This document shows, piece by piece, positions 17,639 to 25,986 of a stretch of 64,000 nt of DNA; the first letter of the stretch is position 1, and every line of letters starts with the position of its first letter. The position numbers and the translations under genes were made by a program. The stretch is from Candidatus Curtissbacteria bacterium (lineage in GTDB: Bacteria > Patescibacteriota > Microgenomatia > Curtissbacterales > GWA2-41-24): contig JACPEV010000006.1 of NCBI GenBank assembly GCA_016183325.1, forward strand, positions 5,883-69,882. Reading direction: 5' to 3'. The notes beneath the pieces are model-generated. The model worked only from the letters and a program-made list of their open reading frames with translations. It did not search any database and was not told the DNA's origin.

Positions 17639-18682
17639 CTAATCATTTTGCGCTTCCAACCACTTCTCAGCCTCAATTGCAGCCGCACAGCCGTATCCTG
17701 CCGCCGTCACCGCTTGACGATAGTGGTAATCGTGTACATCTCCGGCCACAAAAACGCCAGGAACCGACGTCATCATTTTGAAACTTCCTTCCCCACCCCC
17801 GGGGTGTGCCGCAGGCGCAACACCACCCCGGGGGTGTCCCTGCGACTTGCGTACCACATACCCTTTCTCGTCAAGCTCCACCTGCCCCTTAAAAATATCC
17901 GTCATCGGGTGGTGACCAATTGCCACAAACATGCCATCAACTGCCAAGTCCCGAGTCGATCCATCTTTTAGGCCCGCAGCCGCAGGCGAGGACCGCAAGC
18001 CTGGCAAACTTACAGGTGAGCCAGGCTTATTCTTGATCTTTACTCCGGAAACTTTATCCTTCCCTAGAATGTCAACCACTTCAGAATTTAATATAAACGA
18101 AATCTTCTTATTTGCTTTTGCCCTATCTACCATTATCTTCGACGCCCGAAACTCATCTCTACGATGAACAATCGTCACCTCAGTCGCAAACTTGGTTAGA
18201 GTCAACGCTTCCTCCATTGCGCTATCCCCACCACCAACCACAACCACTTTTTTATCGCGAAAGAAAAATGCATCACACGGTGCGCAAGAAGAAATTCCCC
18301 GACCAATTAATCTTTGTTCATTGGCAAGTCCCAACCAATTTGTCTCGGCCCCGGTTGCAATAATAACTGCCTTTGATTTGTATGCTTTATCATCGGCTGT
18401 TATCAAAAAAGGACGATTGGAAAAATCAACTGCAGTCACATCAGTGGTTGCAATTTCCGCCCCAAATCTTTCGGCTTGATGCCGAAATTTCTCCATCAAT
18501 TCCGGCCCTAAAATTCCATCAACAAAACCCGGATAATTCTCAACATCCGTAGTCAACATCAATTGCCCACCCCATTTGACACCAGCTAAAACCAAGGGTT
18601 TCAAATCTGCCCGTGCATTGTATAAAGCGGCCGTTAATGCCGCCGGTCCGGAACCGATGATAATGACGTTACGAATATCCAT
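17639..18682 (-). CDS. trxB: Thioredoxin-disulfide reductase carrying two in-frame palindromic insertions.
   Basis: GSGPAALTAALY FAD motif, CAPCD redox centre, VVVGGGDSAMEEALTLT NADPH motif, VPGVFVAGDV. Likely start is MDIRN at 18680-18682. Extra segments KPGSPVSLPGLRSSPAAAGLKDGSTRDL and RKSQGHPRGGVAPAAHPGGGEGSFKM are absent from canonical TrxB. Confidence 0.8.
   Translation of the reverse strand: MDIRNVIIIGSGPAALTAALYNARADLKPLVLAGVKWGGQLMLTTDVENYPGFVDGILGPELMEKFRHQAERFGAEIATTDVTAVDFSNRPFLITADDKAYKSKAVIIATGAETNWLGLANEQRLIGRGISSCAPCDAFFFRDKKVVVVGGGDSAMEEALTLTKFATEVTIVHRRDEFRASKIMVDRAKANKKISFILNSEVVDILGKDKVSGVKIKNKPGSPVSLPGLRSSPAAAGLKDGSTRDLAVDGMFVAIGHHPMTDIFKGQVELDEKGYVVRKSQGHPRGGVAPAAHPGGGEGSFKMMTSVPGVFVAGDVHDYHYRQAVTAAGYGCAAAIEAEKWLEAQND
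17790..17845. repeat. Palindromic insertion of family P2 in frame inside trxB, in inverse orientation to the sufU copy.
   Basis: CACCCCCGGGGTG at 17794-17806 and CACCCCGGGGGTG at 17824-17836. The reverse complement matches the element at 8040-8092. Confidence 0.7.
17958..18030. repeat. Second GC-rich hairpin insertion in trxB (CCCGCAGCCGCAGGCG ... AAGCCTGGC...GCCAGGCTT).
   Basis: Local GC spike and an inverted repeat AAGCCTGGC / GCCAGGCTT. Encodes the extra LPGLRSSPAAAGLKDGSTRDL segment. Confidence 0.5.
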
Positions 18683-18725
18683 ACTTAAGTATCTTAAGTT
18701 ACTTAAGTAACTTAAGCAACCGAAT
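18683..18725. promoter_or_regulatory. Array of ACTTAAGT palindromes immediately upstream of the trxB start. Candidate operator.
   Basis: ACTTAAGTATCTTAAGTTACTTAAGTAACTTAAG: four overlapping perfect palindromic units within 40 bp of the start codon. Confidence 0.35.
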
Positions 18726-18877
18726 TTTTTATTGACAAAATTTTTGTCAAAAACTTTGCGGGAATTTTTCAACAATTCTTAAAAAATTTCCGATTGATCA
18801 ATTAATTTATCCGGATTTTAGCCATTTCTGGGTAAAAATAAATCACTATTGACACCTTTTAGGTACATTATCTTAGA

Positions 18878-19489
18878 ATGTCTCCTGTCATCATTATGCA
18901 TAAATTGGTAACCGCACTTTTAACTTCTTCGGTTCTGGCACTTTTGACAACAACTGCAACAGTTGCTCAAACTTCAAACCCCACCTTAAAGATAATTTCG
19001 CCGTCCGAAGGTCAAACTATTTACGGCAACAGAGTATCTATACTCTTATCTGCTGAAAATTTCGAAATAGTCGATTTTCAAACCAACCCTACCGTTAAAT
19101 CCGGTCAGGGACATATCCATGTCTGGTTAGATGATAATAATCCGACACGAGAGTCTGCTAAAAAACTTATAAAAGAGGAAGATACTTTCACAGATGTGCC
19201 GTACGGCGACCATGTTTTAAGAGCCGAACTCGTTAATAACAATCACAGTTCTCTAAATCCGCGGCAAGTTATTACTGTTAATTTTAAAAGCACTGCTCTT
19301 CCCACCCCTTCTCCTCAAGCAGCATCAGGATTCGATAAGAATACGGCCTTGGTCATCCTTGTCGTGGTCTCACTGGTAATCGTTGCAGCCTGGTGGTACA
19401 CCAAAGAGGAAGATGAAATGCCGGCTAAATCAATATCACCAACAAGAAAATCGACAACTAAAAAATCGGCAAAAAGACGCCGCAAGTAG
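18878..19489 (+). CDS. Secreted protein with a C-terminal TM anchor and basic tail (DUF4399-like).
   Basis: N-terminal signal peptide, a QGHIHVWLDD motif, and a C-terminal hydrophobic helix followed by KKSAKRRRK. Confidence 0.35.
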   Translation: MSPVIIMHKLVTALLTSSVLALLTTTATVAQTSNPTLKIISPSEGQTIYGNRVSILLSAENFEIVDFQTNPTVKSGQGHIHVWLDDNNPTRESAKKLIKEEDTFTDVPYGDHVLRAELVNNNHSSLNPRQVITVNFKSTALPTPSPQAASGFDKNTALVILVVVSLVIVAAWWYTKEEDEMPAKSISPTRKSTTKKSAKRRRK

Positions 19490-19612
19490 CAGTTAATCGT
19501 AGATCGTTAATCGTTAATCGCCATAAACGAAAAACGATAAACAATAAACGAATTTTTAAAACAGAAGCCCTTCGCGTTTGACGAGGGCTTTTGTTTTAGG
19601 TAGGGTATCTCT

Positions 19613-20581
19613 ATGCGCACCATAAGATGGTTAATCATTCTCGTCTTAATTGCGATCGCACTCTGGCGCTTAGCTCCCGAAATTTCTTCTATCTCCTCTT
19701 TAATTAAATACATTGATAAAGTTCAAACCCCCTGGCTTATTTTGACTGTTGTCTCTCAAGCTGGGCAATATTTTGGTAGTGGTTGGCTTTCTCAAGTTCT
19801 TTTAAAAATTGCTGGCTATCGTATCAATCTAAAAAATACTTTCCTAATTTCATGCCTCAATGTATTTGCCGCCCACATCTTGCCTGTTGGAGACGCCGGC
19901 ATGATCGCAGCCACTTTCTATTTTTATCGCAAACTCGGCGTTCAAACGGGAAGCATTATTTTTCTTGCCCTCCTCTGGCCGATCTTCGGCGGTGTAGTTC
20001 TTTTATCTTTATTCCTATCATCTCTATTTTACTTACCCAAACCGCCCACCCTATCATTCCACCCGTCATTCATTACTTTGACTACAGCATCTGTTGCCAC
20101 CATCATCGGACTTATACTTTTCTGGGGCAGAAAAACCATCCTCAATAAATTGATCTTATTTGTCGCCAGATTCAGTTTCTTTGAAGAAATTAGGAGATTC
20201 AAAAACAATTTGCCCATCTACAAAAAAAATCTTTCTCACAACAAACTCTATGCCGCTGAAGGACTGTTGTCGGCCTTTATTTATTATCTTTCCAATATCG
20301 CCACACTTGTTCTTTCCTTTGTTACTTTTGGCAACCTGCCACCCGTATCTGTCATCATTTTTGCCTATACGCTATCTTTGGTAGCCGGCTGGATTACCTT
20401 TGCTCCTGCGGGCATTGGCGCCGCCGAAGCCACTTTAATTCTGGTGTTTCTGCATTTCAATATCGATGCTACTTTAACCATAGCCGCCGTCCTAGTCTTC
20501 AGACTAATAACTTTCTGGCTCCCCATCCCCTTCGGTGCCCTCGCCTTTAAAATTTTGATGAAGAAAGATAAAAGCAAATAG
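19613..20581 (+). CDS. Flippase-like / LPG-synthase TM-domain family membrane protein (UPF0104-like).
   Basis: Eight predicted TM helices with the architecture of TIGR00374-type membrane proteins. No catalytic motif. Confidence 0.45.
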   Translation: MRTIRWLIILVLIAIALWRLAPEISSISSLIKYIDKVQTPWLILTVVSQAGQYFGSGWLSQVLLKIAGYRINLKNTFLISCLNVFAAHILPVGDAGMIAATFYFYRKLGVQTGSIIFLALLWPIFGGVVLLSLFLSSLFYLPKPPTLSFHPSFITLTTASVATIIGLILFWGRKTILNKLILFVARFSFFEEIRRFKNNLPIYKKNLSHNKLYAAEGLLSAFIYYLSNIATLVLSFVTFGNLPPVSVIIFAYTLSLVAGWITFAPAGIGAAEATLILVFLHFNIDATLTIAAVLVFRLITFWLPIPFGALAFKILMKKDKSK

Positions 20582-20597
20582 TCTGTATAATGTTGTT

Positions 20598-20960
20598 GTG
20601 AGTAAAGATTTCTTAAAAGACGCTGCTATCGCCTTTGGTGTCTTTATTTTAATTGTCATAATATTTTGGGTTGGATTTAAAAGTGAAGAATTCGGATACT
20701 ATCTAGTTTTCTATGGAATGGGATTTTTGACTATATCTCCAATACTGCTTCTTGTTTATAAGTTTAGTCACAAAAATAAAAACAATACAACCATAGAATC
20801 AAATATCATACAGAATCATTCCGTTAGAAACACTATTATAGTTTTAATACCGCTGGTCACAAATTTTTTCTTGATTGTAGAGTCTGGGTATTTATTCTTC
20901 GAACGCAGTCGAGTCTGGCTCGACGAAGTGAGAAGTTACCTTAAAAACTATAATTATTAG
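20598..20960 (+). CDS. Hypothetical small membrane protein.
   Basis: 120-aa ORF with three hydrophobic helices. Confidence 0.3.
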   Translation: MSKDFLKDAAIAFGVFILIVIIFWVGFKSEEFGYYLVFYGMGFLTISPILLLVYKFSHKNKNNTTIESNIIQNHSVRNTIIVLIPLVTNFFLIVESGYLFFERSRVWLDEVRSYLKNYNY

Positions 20961-21058
20961 TAGATTTAACGGCAAGTTCTCGCTTCGCTCGAACAATATA
21001 GGGGGAACTGCTGACCTATACATGTCGGTCTGCAACCCTTCGACTACGCTCAGGGTGG

Positions 21059-21679
21059 CTAGACATGCCTATCAGCCACATGGCTGGCGCCCCAAGAAGC
21101 GGGTTTTGTAGCAACTTTGAAGCCGTTGGCCCGAATCATTCCCACAATCTCCGAAATCATTTCCCGCGTTGGCCCATTAGGTCCAATATCAACATGAATT
21201 TCGAGGTTAAGATCAGCCCTTCGACGTTGCTCAGGATTGATGGTGAGCGAAGTCGTACTTCGATTCCACTCAGTACGACCTCCTCGAGTCTGAGGGACCT
21301 CGGAGTCGAAGACCTGAGTGTTAATCGAATGGGTCGAACCATCAAATAACCCAATATTCGCAAAATCAGAAACTAACTTTTCCGCTACTGATAAAGAAAT
21401 CAAAGCTTCCTGCCAGATTCTCTGCCGTAAAGAATGTAAGTTCTCTACCTTTTGCCTTCCCCAAAAATAAATCCCTCCCTTGCCTTTTTTATGCACAATC
21501 ACGGCCGAAACGAAATCAACCGTTCCATTCTGGGCCTCCGAATCCGTACCGATAATCACTTCATAAGAACCCATCACATCGCTTCCCACAAACTTCACCA
21601 TCTGACACAAAGCATCTTCCCAATCAAGGTGACCATACGTAGGACTATTAAAAGACTCCGGTACCAATTTTCCCTTCAT
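21059..21679 (-). CDS. YkuK/DUF458-family RNase H-like protein with a ~30-aa repeat-derived insertion.
   Basis: Matches YkuK landmarks: IIGTDSE, HKKGKGG, IHVDIGPNGPTREMI, KPASWGASHVADRHV. The internal STHSINTQVFDSEVPQTRGGRTEWNRSTTSLTINPEQRRRADLN is encoded by hairpin-rich DNA at 21214-21312. Confidence 0.55.
   Translation of the reverse strand: MKGKLVPESFNSPTYGHLDWEDALCQMVKFVGSDVMGSYEVIIGTDSEAQNGTVDFVSAVIVHKKGKGGIYFWGRQKVENLHSLRQRIWQEALISLSVAEKLVSDFANIGLFDGSTHSINTQVFDSEVPQTRGGRTEWNRSTTSLTINPEQRRRADLNLEIHVDIGPNGPTREMISEIVGMIRANGFKVATKPASWGASHVADRHV
21214..21312. repeat. Composite hairpin insertion in frame inside the ykuK-like gene. Contains a CCTGAGCAACGTCGAAGGGC-type motif.
   Basis: AGCCCTTCGACGTTGCTCAGG, GTCGTACTTCGATTCCACTCAGTACGAC, GACCTCCTCGAG...GACCTCGGAGTCGAAG. 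The CTGAGCG.AGTCGAAGGG motif recurs at 36674-36700, 45326-45345, 40325-40345, 57738-57755. Confidence 0.6.
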
Positions 21680-21842
21680 AAGCTCTCTTCTTTAACTGCA
21701 AATTTTAACCCAATATAACTTTTAAGGCAAATTCGAATCTGATTTACTCAGTTCGAATTTGCTTCTCCTCTAAGGAGGGAAATATTAAGGTCTGATCTAA
21801 AAGATCGACCCGTAGGGGGGAACCTTGGTGCCCCTTAAAGTG

Positions 21843-21877
21843 TAAAAAAAAAGACCCCATCGAAACGGGGTCTTTTA
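21843..21877 (-). terminator. Rho-independent terminator, bidirectional in shape, after the SGNH-like gene.
   Basis: GACCCCATCGAAACGGGGTC stem-loop (21853-21872) with A8 on one side and TTTT on the other. A second perfect hairpin AGACCTAAATT-AAATTTAGGTCT lies at 21910-21932. Confidence 0.7.
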
Positions 21878-21984
21878 AATACCGGCCAGTATTCTTAACT
21901 GAAAGGGCTAGACCTAAATTAAATTTAGGTCTACTTCCATATTTGCAGAAGTTAGAAGAACTGTCAATACTCACACTTTTTTAC

Positions 21985-23286
21985 TCAATTACTTAAACTA
22001 TCTATTAATTTATTGTTCAATATAAATTCCGCCACCTTCGTCCCCATAAATAAATTGCCGTTTTTACTGTAGTGAGCATCGAGCGCAAAATGCAAATCTC
22101 CATTTTGGTTTTTCCATTCTAAGCCGTCAAGTCGCGGATCATAAAAGTTTATCTCTAAATCTTTGGCAGCTTCAGAAAGTACTTCGTTAATTTCAAACGC
22201 TGATGAGCTGTTTGGATCTAATTTATATGTTTTTTGCAAATGATCCCAATCGCCTGCCTGAACTTGAGCTTTTGGAATATTTATCGTAAGCAAAAACACA
22301 GCTTTATGTTCGTTTGCTTGCCTTTTCATATCTGCAAGTATTACTTTTATCAAAGACCAGGAGTCTAAAACTTCTCTTGGCGGATTTTTTTGCGAAGCAA
22401 CCACCTCAAAAGGCCCTTGTACTAACTGTGCATCGGATAAGAAAAATCTCTCCTCTTTGACAAACCCCAATATGCTAATCCGAACATCATCAACCAACTT
22501 TTTGAAAAACTGATTTCCCAAGGATGCTTTTACAACCAAATGATATATATAAGTTTCTCGCACCAACTTCCCCAGCCAATTTCCCCCCATCCGATCTTTG
22601 GGATCGACAACTTTCAACTTTCCCGCTTCGCCCGCGACTATCGTCGACGCAGGCGCGAAGCGAGGCGAGCCACTTTCCACTTTGACTAACTTATTCTTAT
22701 ATGTATCTCCAACATCATTTGGCGAAAACGCCAAAATGACCATATCCGGTTGAAATTGCCAGACTTTTTCCCGAAGCGTCAACCACTGCTGATCAGTGCC
22801 ATATCCGGAAACTCCGAAATTGTAACTTTCGACCCTCCGGGTCGGTCTCTGACTCGGAGCAGTCTCTGACTCGGAGAAAGGCCCTTCTGGGCCGGAGGCT
22901 TTTTCCGCTAACTCGCGACTTAACTTTCTGGCCATTACTTTTTGCCAGGTATCGGCAAGTTCAACCTGCAATGCTTCTTCTTGAGAGTCTCCTAAAACGG
23001 CTATTCTATAAACATCACTAGCTTTATCATGAGTAAACTGATCATCGCGAAACCCATCGGAATTAATCGCAATCTCAACCGTCACACCGTCAGAAATGCT
23101 GTAAGGAAAAACAGCGTTGGGCTTATTCTCGTGCAAAAAAAGTGTTGAGGATTGTAACTTTGCCAAATTTTCGGGCACAGGAGTAAATAGTCGAAGCAAT
23201 ATTTCAAGTAAAATTAAGGCAGTCAACAAAGCCCAAAAAGAAAGTACAGCTCTTACAATAACTTTCTTCATCTGATATTTGATCAT
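21985..23286 (-). CDS. Membrane-anchored SGNH/GDSL-like hydrolase-fold protein with two repeat-derived insertions.
   Basis: N-terminal TM helix, then IAVLGDSQEEALQ, GVSGYGTDQQW, VILAFSPNDVGD (SGNH blocks I-III-like). Insertions are encoded by 22625-22672 (P4 palindrome) and 22844-22876 (15-nt tandem). Confidence 0.4.
   Translation of the reverse strand: MIKYQMKKVIVRAVLSFWALLTALILLEILLRLFTPVPENLAKLQSSTLFLHENKPNAVFPYSISDGVTVEIAINSDGFRDDQFTHDKASDVYRIAVLGDSQEEALQVELADTWQKVMARKLSRELAEKASGPEGPFSESETAPSQRPTRRVESYNFGVSGYGTDQQWLTLREKVWQFQPDMVILAFSPNDVGDTYKNKLVKVESGSPRFAPASTIVAGEAGKLKVVDPKDRMGGNWLGKLVRETYIYHLVVKASLGNQFFKKLVDDVRISILGFVKEERFFLSDAQLVQGPFEVVASQKNPPREVLDSWSLIKVILADMKRQANEHKAVFLLTINIPKAQVQAGDWDHLQKTYKLDPNSSSAFEINEVLSEAAKDLEINFYDPRLDGLEWKNQNGDLHFALDAHYSKNGNLFMGTKVAEFILNNKLIDSLSN
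22625..22672. repeat. Palindromic element P4 (GCTTCGCCCGCGACTATCGTCGACGCAGGCGCGAAGC) in frame inside the SGNH-like gene.
   Basis: Its reverse complement matches 40147-40190 inside the alkD-like gene (CGCCTGCGTCGACGATAGTCGCGGGCG). Confidence 0.65.
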
Positions 23287-23321
23287 TGTAACACCCTAAA
23301 CTGTTTGTTAGAATTCGCTCT

Positions 23322-24008
23322 ATGTCCAATTTACGCAGTAAATCTTTTCTTAGGGCAAGTCACATATCCTCAGCAAAATTAAAAAAAATATGGTCGCAAG
23401 TCCCCCCCAACTACTACGACGTCGGCATCAAAAAAAACCTTTTCCAGAAGTTATGGCATACCCACAAGCTTACCCAGGTAAAAAAAATTCTACCTAAAAA
23501 ATCACGCCAGATACTGGACATAGGTTGTTCATCCGCTGTTCTCACTGCCAAAATCGCTAAAATCCTTCCCAAAAGCAAAATAACTGGACTTGACAGTTAC
23601 AAAGATGCCATAGATTTTGCGCAAGTCAAGTATCCTCATATTAAATTCATCGTCGCCGATGCCCACAATCTACCTTTTAAAAAAGCAGCTTTTGATCTTG
23701 TCATCTGCACTGAAACTCTCGAACATCTTATTGATCCAAAACTTGCCTTATCTGAGATGAAACGTGTCTTAAAGAAACACGGCGCAGCCATCCTTTCCAT
23801 GGATTCAGGCAGCCTTCTTTTCAGACTAATTTGGTTTTTTTGGACCAAAACCAAAGGCCGCGTCTGGCAAAACGCCCATCTTCATGAATTCAATGCAATC
23901 TTACTAGAAGATTTAATTAAAGAAGTTGGCTTTAAAATTAAAAAGAGAATATCATCGCACTTAGGCATGGCTATCACTTTCTTGGCTGTTCCCAAAAACA
24001 GGATTTAA
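23322..24008 (+). CDS. Class I SAM-dependent methyltransferase.
   Basis: Motif I ILDIGCSSAV and the post-I/II region VADAHNLPFKKAAFDLVICTETLEHL. Confidence 0.65.
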   Translation: MSNLRSKSFLRASHISSAKLKKIWSQVPPNYYDVGIKKNLFQKLWHTHKLTQVKKILPKKSRQILDIGCSSAVLTAKIAKILPKSKITGLDSYKDAIDFAQVKYPHIKFIVADAHNLPFKKAAFDLVICTETLEHLIDPKLALSEMKRVLKKHGAAILSMDSGSLLFRLIWFFWTKTKGRVWQNAHLHEFNAILLEDLIKEVGFKIKKRISSHLGMAITFLAVPKNRI

Positions 24009-24095
24009 AAGGCCCAATAAAGCGCTGACCAAAACTGCCTGCATCTTGCAGCCCAAGATATCACACAAAAGACTGACTTAGAAGAGATTGAGAAA

Positions 24096-24827
24096 CTAGG
24101 CTGAGTTCTTTGAACTGTATCTAGCCAACTTAATACCTGCCGGCACTAGTCCCAGAGATAATAGCGCGGCTAAAACATCTGCTCCGGTTTCAGGTAGTCT
24201 GGTGGGAGCTTGAACTCCGAGTACCCGGCCAGTTTCAACAGTTACGTTGACAGTCTGATTATTTTGAGTCTGTGTTTGAGGCTGACTTTGGTTGTTATTG
24301 TTGGTATTCTCGTTGTTAGTCCCACCAGTCGGCGAAGGACTTGGTGACGGACTCACAACAGTTGATTCCAAGGACAATGGACTTGGACTTGGTGTTGCGC
24401 TCGGACTCGGTGAAGCCGTCGGTGATGGGCTCACACTCGGACTCGGACTTGGTGACGGTGTGGGTGTCGCCGAAGGCTCACCACAATTAATGGTTCGACT
24501 TAAATTACGAGTATCTCCACCCATAGAAATCGAGGCTCTTACGACTACATTGCCGCTTAAATTATTAAAAGTGGCATCAAGAATTCCCCACTCATACGGA
24601 GCCTCTGTTGACGCATCAGTTTCTTGTATAGGTTCAAAAACTCTTCCGACAAACTGATTGGACTGATTCCTGTCATTTTGCATCTCCCAATGAATATGTT
24701 GGCAATCCACCTCCGGTCCACGAGTTGGCCAAGCGAACACGCTTGTCACTGAAAGAAAAACCAGCGCAATGGAGTTTAAAACAGGTAAAATTACTTTTAA
24801 AGAACTTTTGGAGAATCTCAATTTCAT
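24096..24827 (-). CDS. LPXTG-anchored surface protein with a Pro/Ser/Thr-rich stalk (sortase substrate).
   Basis: Signal peptide, a (SP)n/(PSPS)n linker, and C-terminal LPETG followed by a hydrophobic helix and KLARYSSK tail. Confidence 0.6.
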   Translation of the reverse strand: MKLRFSKSSLKVILPVLNSIALVFLSVTSVFAWPTRGPEVDCQHIHWEMQNDRNQSNQFVGRVFEPIQETDASTEAPYEWGILDATFNNLSGNVVVRASISMGGDTRNLSRTINCGEPSATPTPSPSPSPSVSPSPTASPSPSATPSPSPLSLESTVVSPSPSPSPTGGTNNENTNNNNQSQPQTQTQNNQTVNVTVETGRVLGVQAPTRLPETGADVLAALLSLGLVPAGIKLARYSSKNSA

Positions 24828-25036
24828 AGAAGCGCAGTATATAGTATTAATTATAAGATGTCAAGTTATTAAAGAAATTCGATAAAAAACCCAAAATTTA
24901 GCCAAAAAAATAGCACTGCTGTGAATACCTATGGGTTTTATTGACAATGGATTTTGTTTATTGTAATATCGCGCCAGCTCTGTAAATAAGTTAGATTTCT
25001 AACAATTAGAATTCTAACTTAAGGACGACACGGACC

Positions 25037-25504
25037 ATGAAACACACACTCACCTTCCATTCGATTGGTTTCGCTAAAAAACTCGATAAAGTCATTGGCT
25101 TTAAATCCTCTCCCCTCTCCCTTTCTTACTCCCAAGCCTCTGCTGTTTTAGTATCTGACTCCCAAAAGGAAATCAGCCAAAGGGAAATAGCCTCTCATTT
25201 GCACCTTGAACCAGCCACAGTCGTTACTCTCATCGATGAGTTGGAAAAGCTAAAGTTAGTCAAAAGACTGCATACTAATGGTGATCGACGCAAATATAAA
25301 GTCGTTCTTACTAATAAAGGTAAAAGCGCAGCAAGACAAATTAAAAATCGCACTTGGCGGATAAATAATTACCTTAAAAGCCAGCTTTCGAAAAAAGAAT
25401 TTGAAATGTTTAATAAGTCTTTAGAAAAGCTCACAAACGCTCTAGATAAGTGGAAAGGAGGTGAAAATGAAATACCCGGCACAAAGCGACATCTGGCGGC
25501 TTGA
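25037..25504 (+). CDS. MarR-family transcriptional regulator.
   Basis: wHTH region SQREIASHLHLEPATVVTLIDELEKLKLVKRLHTNGDRRKYKVVLTNKGK. Confidence 0.65.
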   Translation: MKHTLTFHSIGFAKKLDKVIGFKSSPLSLSYSQASAVLVSDSQKEISQREIASHLHLEPATVVTLIDELEKLKLVKRLHTNGDRRKYKVVLTNKGKSAARQIKNRTWRINNYLKSQLSKKEFEMFNKSLEKLTNALDKWKGGENEIPGTKRHLAA

Positions 25505-25922
25505 TCGAATCGTGGGAACAAAACCTATTGCCAACTCTGGTGGCCAGTCACGCGTTCTTGCTCGCTTTCAACAAGTCTTTCCGCTCGCTTTATTCCCCGA
25601 TGAGCTGATTGTTGAAGAATTAAGAATAATCTGGATACAGAAAAATGGCCCATGGACAAATAATGTCATTTCGATAATGGCAACAGACATCGCTTGTGTC
25701 AATGCATCAACTGGACCGTTTTTTGGACACGTCCATATTCAAAGCTTAACTGGAGGACCGGAAATCCTCATAGAACAACTTTTGAGAAAAGACGCATTCA
25801 AAATTCGCAGCCTAGTTGAAGGCATTGCCCTGGCAGCAAGAGAGGGACTCAAAATTGAACATGGGTCCTTGGAAGCTGAAAGAGAAAACCTCCTTAAAGC
25901 AGGCGGGCTAAAATTAGCCTGA
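25461..25922 (+). CDS. Hypothetical protein co-transcribed with MarR.
   Basis: 153-aa ORF overlapping the marR 3' end by 44 nt. No motif. Confidence 0.35.
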   Translation: MKMKYPAQSDIWRLDRIVGTKPIANSGGQSRVLARFQQVFPLALFPDELIVEELRIIWIQKNGPWTNNVISIMATDIACVNASTGPFFGHVHIQSLTGGPEILIEQLLRKDAFKIRSLVEGIALAAREGLKIEHGSLEAERENLLKAGGLKLA

Positions 25923-25986
25923 CTTAACTTAAAGGGCTCAACTGAAAAATCGTTGTCTAGGCAACGGATAGAATCTTTGAAAAAGA